NCBI RefSeq assembly: GCF_006345805.1
Contig: NC_042997.1
Span: 180,544,001 to 180,608,000 of the forward strand
Length of the DNA: 64,000 nt
Direction of reading: 5' to 3'
Origin: Octopus sinensis
Taxonomy: Eukaryota
In this document: piece after piece, positions 53,088 through 64,000 of the stretch
How the letters are laid out: each line of letters starts with the position of its first letter
Numbering within the stretch: position 1 is the stretch's first letter
The notes under the pieces: model-generated
Database searches by the model: none
Told to the model about the DNA's origin: nothing
The model's input: only the letters and a program-made list of their open reading frames with translations
Made by a program: the position numbers and the translations under genes

Positions 53088-53830
53088 TACATCTTCCGTA
53101 CAATAACAATATGGAAACTATCTAAACTGACAGGCATTGATTCTCTTGAGTTAATTTGTTCTTAGGTAGGGTATAGTGTTCAACATTCATCTATCTCGCA
53201 AAACAAGTTTCACGGTGTTTCCAACATCACCAGCAACTCTACCGTGAGCAGGTTTTACTGAATCATACTTAATATTTGACATTAGGAATATAAGCTCTGC
53301 ACAATACTTAGGCAATGAATATTTCTAAAGCTTACAGTCTGGCCAATGGACTATGACGACTTTCGCCGAAGAACATATTTGTTGAGATGTAGTGGTTGGC
53401 AATTCAAGCAACAGAGGATCATATAGTCGAACAAATGCCAAGCCTATGTTTACCTTAATATTTAGGGTACGAATAAGCTATGTCGCTGTCTTTTTGTACA
53501 CACAATATACAGATAACTAAAACGCCACAGATCTCAAATAATTTCATAACATTAAACTTCAAATTTTGCATCCGTCTAAATCACTAGGACAACATTTAGA
53601 ATTAAATTTCTATAGAAATAACATACGGTAAAGAACTTTTCAAATGGCTAAAGAAAGACTGAAAAATGAAAGGCAAGTGATGAAATGAAAGGCACTATTG
53701 GTGGAAATTTGAAAGAAGAGAAGATTTTGTATAAAAGTTTGCAAAGTTTATTGTATTCAGAAGAGACTATTTATATTATTTTATTCAAACTTCAACTCTG
53801 ATATTTTACGTCGTGACTGACAAGTCCAAG

Positions 53831-53863
<33 letters not shown>

Positions 53864-54444
53864 AAATATTAATTCTGTTACCAGAATTGTATTGGAATAT
53901 TTTGTAATAATTTCAAGTGTTTCAGATTTCTATGAGGTATATATTCATGAAAGCTTGATTTATTTTCATTCTTTTAGTGAAGTTGTTTTAATGAACCAAA
54001 ATAATAATCTACAATTAGGTAAACAATTATATATATATATATATCACGGAAAAAAAACGCGAAGTAGATGAAACAGGGACAACTGATGAAGGAGAATATT
54101 CTTTATGTTGCATGTCTCGTTTCTCTATTTTTTTCGTTATTCGAAAAGAAATTCGTTTTCGATGTTTTTGTTTTTATGTTTTCGTTTCTCATTGTGTCCG
54201 ATATTTTGTGATGTCCTGTACCCATATGTGCATGTATATATACATATATATGTACGTATGTACATATATGTATGTATATATGCATATATTTATATATTAT
54301 TTATATCTATCTATCTATATATATATATATACATTAAATTATATATATATATATATGTATATTGGCAGGGCTGGCCTGCTATATACATTAAATTATATAT
54401 ATATACATATATATATATATAGATATATATATATATATATATAT

Positions 54445-54485
<41 letters not shown>

Positions 54486-54639
54486 TACATTTATATATAC
54501 ACACATGTATGTAAACAGAAGGAAACAAGACCGTGAAGATCTGCAGATTTTTACTCACACATAATAAGAATACAATCAGTGAAGTAAAGGAAAAATCTTA
54601 AAAAAAGAATTTTATCAAATATGAATCCGAAAATAGACT

Positions 54640-55729
54640 CAAAGATAGTTCTCAAAATGCTCGCCATTCGGGACCCGACATAACGGCACACCTTTTGGCA
54701 CAATTCTGTGTCGATCTCAGGGACAAAATTTTGTGTTTCCGCTCGAAGTTGATCGACGTTACGTGGATTGCGACCATATAGTCGATCTTTTAATACTCCA
54801 CAAAGAAAAGATTCGTATAGAGTGGGCTGGGCCGACCGGGCAGGCCTTTCAATAGGCCCTCTTCGTCCAATCCACGCGCCAGGAAAATTGTCATCCTACT
54901 ACTGGCACACTAGCAATGTATAATATGGCGACGCCTCATCTTGCTGGAAGTAAGCGTTACTTGCCTGCTCTGCCACTTGTGGCCAGAACCAGTTTTGAAA
55001 AAAATATTAAGGTATGAACTTCCGGTGACGGTAGCATCAAAAAATTATGGTTCAATAATGCCCTATGACGAAATAGCATACCATACGCTTAGACCAGGCA
55101 AATTCACCGACTTCTTGAATGTGTGGTGAAGATTTTCGGAATTTCAGTGCACGCAGTTATGTTTGTTAATTTGTCCGTTGAGTTTGAAAACCGTCTCATC
55201 AGACCTCAAAATTTAATCGACGAACGTTGGATCATCTTCAAACATGCGTTGAAAAATTTCGCATGCTTCAAGACACCGATCAGGATCGTTGTCATTGAGT
55301 TCTTGTATGAGACGTGTATGGTACGTTTTTTTTTTTTTTTCTGAAGTTCAAACAAAGTTTTGCAAACAGTTGAGAAACTCACATGAAAATTTGAATAGTT
55401 GGCAAGTTGACTTTTAATTCGGCGAGTAGATGTCTGGGTGTTTTGGTTAATCTCTTTCATAACTGCAGTCCGCCAATCTTCTTGCTTCAACTGCATTATT
55501 CGTCGCATAGTAGTCTTTCACAATATTAACACCCTCTTGTAAGGTAAATCGTACAGCCATTTCCCAACAGCAAAACGACTTATTGAGTGCAACATATAAA
55601 TTTTGAAAATAATGTGCTCACCTCTGACTGCAGATCTATTTAAACAGTGTTCCAAGCAATTTCTTTCTCTCCTATTGAGCTTTGAGTTATTGATCCAAAG
55701 AGTGATGTCTTGCGTTACTTTGCAAACAC

Positions 55730-55733
<4 letters not shown>
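54640..55733 (-). mobile_element. Degenerate Tc3-like Tc1/mariner transposon
   Basis: SDETVFKLNGQINKHNC, YFQQDEAS and WIGRRGPIERPARS..LKDRLY; TIR-like end cagagtgtttgcaaagtaac abuts (TA)n at 55734. Confidence 0.8.
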
Positions 55734-55791
<58 letters not shown>

Positions 55792-55794
<3 letters not shown>

Positions 55795-56209
55795 TCTTTA
55801 CTCTCTTTTACTCTTTTACTTGTTTCAGTCATTTGACTGCGGCCATGCTGGAGCACCGCCTTTAATCGAGCAACTCGACCCTAGGACTTATTCTCTGTAA
55901 GCCCAGTACTTATTCTATCGGTCTCTTTTTGCCGAACCGCTAAGTGACGGGGACATAAACACACCAGCATCGGTTTTCAAGCAATGCTAGGGGGACAAAC
56001 ACAAACATACACGCACACACACATATACATATATATACATATATACGACAGGCTTCTTTCAGTTTCCGTCTACCAAATCCACTCACAAGGCTTTGGTCGG
56101 CCCGAGGCTATAGTAGAAGACACTTGCCCAAGGTGCCACGCAGTGGGACTGAACCCGGAACCATGTGGTTGATAAACAAGCTACTTACCACACAGCCACT
56201 CCTGCGCCT
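55792..56209 (-). mobile_element. SINE family A, full length, young
   Basis: Closest copy to the family consensus; tandem aagagta tail. Confidence 0.92.
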
Positions 56210-57382
56210 ATATATATAATAAACAATTAAAATTCGGCTGAATTAGCTACTTAAGTTGAGGCACCAAGTCAGTCGAACATTATCGTACAGCTCGAAGTAA
56301 ATAATAACAAGGATGTCAAGGTATTAGTGCATTACGGCCGTTTCGGGCGGCTCCATTTAATCAATCAAGGCAAGCATTACATCAATTTGAAATATGCGGC
56401 CTTCCTCGGATGGTCTTCAACATACAGGATTCTTCATTATAATTATTTAGCAGATTTTTCATCAGAACTAGACAATAAAAGAATTACATACCTGTTGCTA
56501 TTATCTTAGCAGAATGAACTTAGGGAGAAAATATCTTAACAATAATTTGGTGGGCAGAAGAGAATAACAATGGGGGTAAAGAGATGGTATATTTATCTTT
56601 CTCCTCATGATAATCAAAAGATCTAATGCAGCTAGTAGTCTACATCCAGTAAGAATTAAAACCACTGGGAATTGACAGTTAAGTTCTAGCTACTGATGAT
56701 AAATTAACTGTTAGCAGATAATCTTTCCTACCCCTGATATACTATGGTTATAAATTCGCTATGACTCCATGAAGGAACATGTCTTAGAATATGTCAATTG
56801 GATAGTGGTATATGCCCAGAAATAGGGAGGGTAGGTCTGACATATTTTATTACTATCAGTTAAAAGGGGCCTAAATAAGAAACAAAAGAAGTCACAGTGA
56901 GATCTAAGTGGGCATTAAGGACACAGAGAGAAAACGTATATCCAAATTTAGCAAAATTTCTATATTACTATATTGTGAATAATAAATAATAAAGTTTCAA
57001 AATTTAGAAAGAGATATAAGGACTAAGTAAGAGAAGAAGGATATATAAACTAATTTAGGCACTAAAAAGTTGAATACTTTTATATTAAATAGAAATCTAA
57101 TAATGCTTCATCCTAGCAAACTATTGAAGTGGTCATGATAAAACCATTCAAAAATGAACCCATAATTAAATTCAGATTGCATCTGAGAAAGAGTTATACG
57201 TTTTCTATTGATTGAAAAGCAAAGATTAAAGGTAAGAAGTGAGATAATTAGTTCTATAACGCATACGTTTATTTTTAAAGTCTTGGGAAAATATAATCAT
57301 ATAAAAAATTTCTAACATTATGAAAAAATCTTAAATGATGTAAGAATATAAGGTATAAAAATATCACACGCACACACACACA

Positions 57383-57458
<76 letters not shown>

Positions 57459-57671
57459 ACTATACCTGCTTAATGTTGACTGTAGTGAAAAGTGTACTTA
57501 ATAACGTAGTAGAGATAAGATATATATTTTCATATGATCAGAATCAATATCTTGCTGTACTGAGTTTCGGCTGGGGTACAGAGTGTTATCGGACAAGTTA
57601 TAACTGAATTCACGGTGCACCCACACGCGAAAGACAAAGGTAGCAAAAGACTGACTCGGCCAAAACAATAC

Positions 57672-57679
57672 AGATAGAC

Positions 57680-57748
<69 letters not shown>
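57672..57748. repeat. (GATA)n
   Basis: Directly read. Confidence 0.95.
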
Positions 57749-58334
57749 TGTTTCTTTATTAGCCACACAGGGCTGCACACAGATAGAACAAATTACAAGG
57801 TAGAGCTTTTCTTTTGAAGGTTTAAAAAAAAAAGGAAGGGGGGAGTTTCGATCAAAAGGGATCGTAAAAGGAGAGAAAGAGGACAAAAAAAAAGGGGAGT
57901 TAAAAAAAAAGGGGGAGAGGAAAAAAAAATTGATCAATAGGGATCGTTATTACAGAAATGTCAATATGAAGTGTAAAGGGGAGGACAGGTGAGGTTTACC
58001 CGTGGAAAGAAAAGCCTACGGAAAAGACCACGGTAACCTCGGTCAATGGAGTCACATGTTATATTTCTTTTTTTTTTTTTTTGCGAATAAGCAACTCTCT
58101 GTGTTCAATTTCTGGGTTCATAGGATCATGCTCAAGGTGGCTTAGTCATTCATACGTGCCATTCTTGCTACATTCACCCATCTTTTTTTAAAACATTCGC
58201 TAGACAAAACTTGCCTCTCTACTCTCACTTTCCTTTTCAAGTGGTACTTGAAGAAGTTGATGAGAGATTGACCAGAGAGGAAAGTGTTTGTCTCCAATCC
58301 TTTTAGACGCGTCCACCAGATACATTCTTTCGCC
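57749..58334 (-). mobile_element. 5'-truncated Tx1-like LINE 3' end embedded in (GATA)n
   Basis: ORF AKECIWWTRLKG..FFKYHLKRKVRVER..FKKRW resembles the Tx1/L1 C-terminal W..R / F...W motifs; aataaa precedes a (TATC)n tail. Confidence 0.7.
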
Positions 58335-58418
<84 letters not shown>

Positions 58419-58450
58419 ATTGATAGATAGATTGATTGATTGATTGATTC

Positions 58451-58482
<32 letters not shown>

Positions 58483-58495
58483 TTAGATAGATAGT
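58335..58495. repeat. (GATA)n/(GATT)n
   Basis: Directly read. Confidence 0.95.
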
Positions 58496-59133
58496 AGTGG
58501 CGTATGATATATAATCTTAATATACGATGTATTTCCAAACACTTTAAATAAAATTATCACTACCGTACACAAAATGCTATTTTAGTTCGTTCTTTTCTTT
58601 CTGTTCTGCATTTCTCCTCGGAAAATGTCATAACTTCGTGGAAAATGGAATTTTTCGATAATATTGTGTAAACTTATTTAGAAATCTGGATATAGTTTAT
58701 ATAGTTTCAGAAGTATCTGTTTAAGAGTAATACTGTATTGATTTCCATGAGACGTATTTTTATGAACAACTTATTCGAATTTTTTTAGGAAGTGTGTGTG
58801 ATTTGATGATACTGAAAAGAGATAACAACTTAAATTGTATTCGACAATCTGCCATATTTCCGGTCGCAGAGATTGTGCTGAACCGAGTCTAGAAAAATAA
58901 ATCAAAAAACTAAAAGAGGCATCAGAGGCTGCCTAGTGGGATGGAGACAAGTACATCGTGTTTATGAAGCGATCTTAACCATTCGCTGAGCCTGCGTACA
59001 CCTAATATAAAAATAAACTTACAACAGCCGCGTTTTAAATAATAAAAGATACACTCATACCTGCATAGATAAATACCTACATGCAAATAGATAGATCGAT
59101 AGATAGGTGGGAAGATAAATAAATAGATAAATA

Positions 59134-59170
<37 letters not shown>

Positions 59171-59228
59171 ATATATATATATATAATATATATATATATA
59201 CATGTATATACATACATATATACTTATA

Positions 59229-59305
<77 letters not shown>

Positions 59306-61702
59306 CATCCATACATATATATATCCAACCATATATCTATGTGTGCGTGTGTGTGCATTCGTTGGAAGAGAGAGAAATGTGTAAGGCAAAAACAAAATCG
59401 ATGAATCATAAACAATGGCTGCATTTATACCATTAGAATTTCCATATGAGGTATATCCAAGCACATTGAACAAAATAACTCAAAAGATATTTGTTTTGTT
59501 TTACTCATAGATTCATAGATTCTTTTTTGCTTTCTCAATTCTCATTTTATAAAAAACTGAAATATCATAATGGAAAAGAAAATTGCTGAAAATTCTATGG
59601 TAAATAACTTTAGAAATCTGACAATATATTGTTTAAGATTGTTTTGCTTATTTGATAAATACAAAATTTAATAAAACAAACCTTGTGCTGATGTTTTTAT
59701 AAATTCAACCATAAACCGTAAACAGATATAATTACGTGGATAGACGAAAATCATGAGTCTTTCACCCACTCTTTCTATGCACAAATACAGATATTATTTT
59801 AAAACATTTTCTTATATGGATAAGCATAATTCTATGTGTGAAGATATGCACACAATATAAAAACAAAGTATAACCCACACAAAATACGAATAACATAGAA
59901 CTCAGAGATATACTAGCAAGGTACTACGTATTAGAATTACCAGCACTCTTCCATCTGGTAAAGTTCCCTTGCGATAGTCGTACATAGTGACAAGAACTTT
60001 AAAATCTGGTCTTGATAATCAAGATATCTCATTTGAGATGCAATGACATTACACGAAACTATACGTATGTGTATCATTAAGAATGTTTTAATCAATATTT
60101 GTCAAATTGTCAAATAATATTTAATACAAAAACGAATTTTTAATTTTTGATGATTTCCAAAACCACTCATATGCACGTAAATTGTCACCGGTTTACGTAA
60201 ATTTACTTTTAATTGCTCCTCATTCAACACTTTTTTGCAAAATAAATTGCCAAACACAAAATATGAAGCTAAATTTCACTCTGTAGATTCGTTCTGTATT
60301 CCAAAGAATTTTATAAATACTTGTAAAATTTTCAGCAAGCAGATCATCACGCTACAGGAATACAGTGGTGAAAGAATCGTTCAGAAAATCAACTTGAGAT
60401 GTTGGGAGTGGACATTGAGTTGATCATAAATGTGTCAAGAGGATTTAGTAATTTTGAAATGAAAAAATCGGTTGTCCTTACCAGTTCTTCGTTAACTCAC
60501 TAGCGACAGAGACTATCATAACATGAATATTCAAAATGAACAGATGAAAAACTATAATATTGCACAATTTCTAAGGTGGGATGTAAGAAGTGTGTGAAGA
60601 GATGTATAACTTTAAGATTTTTTTGCAATATAAATGAGTTTATACAACTCCATTACTCTTGTTATATGAGCACCCACACATGCGCCCCCAATTACGCTTC
60701 AAAACATCCACTTGTGTGGATAAGGAATTTACATGATGGTGAGGAATCTATCCTTATAATCAAACTTTATATCGTATTGATTTTACTCTTTTAATTTAAG
60801 GACATATTTTGATAAATATTCGTACATTTCGATTTTCTTCGTTGGTATTTTAAAATGTTAGGAATACCTCGGATAACATATACCTTCAGATATTCACAGC
60901 ACTTAATTGTTATTAATCATAAAATAGATTATAGCTCTATTCCTGACGTTTAACATGAAGAGGTATTTTGCGTCTTGAATTTCGAGTCTGTCTAGACACG
61001 TTTTGTGTACGATTAGTAGATCAATCGGGTTCATTTCCTTTGGTGAGTAGAATTTATTTTCAAGGCGTTACATGCATTTACATTCCTACATTTTAACCAC
61101 ATCGAATTGTTGGGAGTAAATATAGTATTTGTCATTGGTGCTAAATTAAAATTGATTTTCTTGCTCTAAGTTCGATATTTTATGTCCGGCTTTTGATGTT
61201 AGATAAGATGATTGTTCGGCAAGTAGCACCTCAGTCTTTTTTATAATATTCGATGAAGCTCTGACGTTTCTCATATTACTGAACAAGGCCATGTGGATCA
61301 GGGAAAAAGGCACACAGCAAAATCTGTTCGTACTTATACCACCTCTTTGGAATGTTTTAGATGCGTATTCTTTTTAACTTGGAAAAATACACATTTCCTT
61401 CAGTATTAAATGAGAACTTCAATTGTAGGAATCGCAACAAAGGTATTTCTGAAGCTATAACTATTTTTCGCCTGGCTGTAGTTGAGAAGGGTGATTAAAA
61501 AAGTATGAGCTGAAACTGGTTGCTAAAATATAAAAACAAATTTTTCCATTCGTTAATTATTCCATTTTTACAGGAAACCCACTTAAAATGAGCGAGTGCA
61601 GATTGTAAATATAGAAAAGTGCATAAGACTCAAGAGAGTTTTAAAACTGGCGATGCATAGTTTCCCATTCATAATGTTAAGTGGACGAGATTTAAACTAG
61701 CG

Positions 61703-61765
<63 letters not shown>

Positions 61766-62236
61766 TATGTATGCACACATACACACACACACACAACGTA
61801 TATGGTAGGACATAGTGAGGCGAAGAAAGAAAGGAAGAAAGAAAGAAAATGATGAAGAGTGGGATTTAGAAATGGGGAACACGGATGACAGAATGTTCTT
61901 GCTTTAATTAAATATTGTTTTTTTAATATTTTCTAATGAGGTTTCTCTTATTAAAATAGAATTGTAATTTCTAATAATGGATTCCCTAGGTTCGCAGTAT
62001 ATCGACGTTTCTTAGACTTTACAAATTATTTTACCACTCATTTCTTAGATTGCAATTATTTTTTACTTTCATTATGGAAAATTGAAAATAAATAATCTGG
62101 TAGCTATCGGATACTACAGGTAATGTATTTCCCTATACAACACTTGTTGTATAGAGACAAAGACAGACAGACAGATAGACCTGGGCCAAATACACACATG
62201 TTTCTTAGTCTTGCTGTCTCTCCCTCTTTCTCTATT

Positions 62237-62237
<1 letters not shown>

Positions 62238-62315
<78 letters not shown>
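62238..62315. repeat. (TC)n
   Basis: Directly read. Confidence 0.95.
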
Positions 62316-62319
<4 letters not shown>

Positions 62320-62629
62320 GCGTTGTTATTTGACGTTGTTGAAATGCTGATCACTATAATAAAAAACCTTGGTCTTTCACCTACTAAGCCAATAAAAACT
62401 GGAGACAAAATTCTGTACCAAAAACAAGACGTGCGCGCGTACACAGACACACACACAGAAGTCTGTGCGCGTGTATGTATGTGCGTGTATCTATCTATGT
62501 ACAGAGGGGTATAAAAATATATACCGTTAGTGTTTTATGTGTTGTATTTTAGAATCACAGCAAAGTGTTGTAATGATTCTAAAGTACAAGCTGTAAGGTA
62601 CTATGTTTGATTTTTGCAGGCAATTATGG

Positions 62630-62720
62630 TACGTAGACCATGAATTTTGATTGAAGAGATGGGGCCGCGAAGCAAAAAGTTGCATGGGGGCTCTTTAAAA
62701 GACATCCGACGGCCCTAAGC
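62630..62720. mobile_element. Possible hAT-type MITE fragment
   Basis: GC-rich ggggccgcgaagcaaaaag...gggggctc...gacggccct resembles GGGCCC-rich hAT MITE ends; no partner TIR found. Confidence 0.3.
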
Positions 62721-63819
62721 CCACCTTCACTGCACATACTGAAAAATACGCACAACTAACAAAGCGTGGCATTGAATATACTTATATTTTTCTATGCCAT
62801 TGATACATGAAGGCAGCGATTTTTTGCTTAGCGCAAAGAATGAACAACTTTAACGGCATAATTTCACTCACAAAACCGAGTGCTGGTGGATAAGGAGAAG
62901 GCAATGAAGATGATGTCTTATAAGTCACTAGCCAATATATTAATTTCTACGTTGAGTATATACGGACAATAAAAATGTAGTGCCGGTTTCTTGCAGTAAA
63001 CATATCCAATTTTCATGTCATTTCCAGTCCGAGGATAGCATGTAGATCATAAAATCTTTCTGTTAGTTTACTCTGGCGCATGAAGTTTACTCTGTTAGTT
63101 TATTCTGGGTATCAGCGCATGAAGAAAATGTATGATCTACAAATTGCATAGAGATCCAACTATATGCAATATATTACAATATAGCAAATATTAGAGAGTC
63201 TTCAAATGGCTTTCAATAGGGAAGTAAGCTTTTAACTCCTCAGTTATGATAAAGAGGATCATAATATGGAGATGTTTTCATTAAAAGTGCACACCTGCAT
63301 GATGATCTGGAGACGTTTGCATTAGGGTTAAGTCCTGTTTGGCGTGTGAAAAATCGTTTTAGAGTAACGACCCTATCGTCAGTTTACGCTTGATCGTTTG
63401 AAGAACCATATAGTATATGCACGCACATTTTGTTACGTGTGCCTAGCTGAGCATGTTTAGGGCGACACATTACAAGTCAAGAACTACCTTAAACGGTATA
63501 ACATTTGAGTTATTTCAAAGTGATAAAATCTTATTTGCAACGTACTGCTTGAGAGCAAGAAGCTACAAATAAATTGCAATCGAATGGCTGAAAGAGCCAT
63601 ATCATCCGTAATTCCATATGTTCTTCTTTAAAGCGATTGTATATAATAAGTCACGAACGAGCTTTATCACAATGTTACACAACTGTTTGAATATTTGTTT
63701 TTATTATTATTTTTATTATTATTGTCTCCTGCATCAAAAATAATGAAAATATCTCTCCACTCATTGTTAGTTATTTTCATTCTATAGGTAGCATGTATAT
63801 ACGTACATATATAACTTAT

Positions 63820-63874
<55 letters not shown>

Positions 63875-64000
63875 ATATATTATATATATATATATACAAA
63901 TTAAGGACTGAACACGAAAAGTGGACAGTCAACATGCTAGATATAGACGTCAAATCGCCATTCTCCACAAAGAGTATGTTCTCAAATAAATTATTTTATT

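Noticed and set aside
56440-57330. Possible old LINE endonuclease region
   Set aside because: Many stops in all frames and no intact motif.
63035-63140. Short imperfect inverted repeat (tgtagatcata...tatgatctaca)
   Set aside because: Only about 11 bp of good pairing and no TSD; not enough to call a MITE.

Overview
This is AT-rich, microsatellite-dense eukaryotic non-coding DNA (intergenic or a large intron). The SINE families and the (TA)n/(CA)n/(TACA)n/(GATA)n load look like an octopus or other coleoid cephalopod genome; this is inference from recall, not a database search. No host protein-coding gene is confidently recognisable, and most ORFs in the supplied track are microsatellite artefacts. 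The window is a catalogue of mobile elements: one full-length but frameshifted R4/Dong-clade non-LTR retrotransposon plus two fragments, CR1-like, RTE and Tx1/L1 fragments, a Penelope-like element (PLE) with RT and GIY-YIG, several PLE relics, three tRNA-derived SINE families, Tc1/mariner relics, a hATm-like relic and several MITEs. Five observations stand out. (1) An ORF-less direct/inverted array at 26.4-27.1 kb carries minimal hammerhead ribozyme motifs, one with a complete canonical core. (2) Retroelements are sorted by microsatellite type: Dong in (AAT)n, Tx1 in (GATA)n, PLE/mariner/MITE in (TA)n. (3) A CR1-like LINE 3' end shares a covarying stem-loop with the most common SINE. (4) SINE multimers share one hairpin junction at independent loci. 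(5) A 916-bp tandem duplication is bounded by (TA)n.
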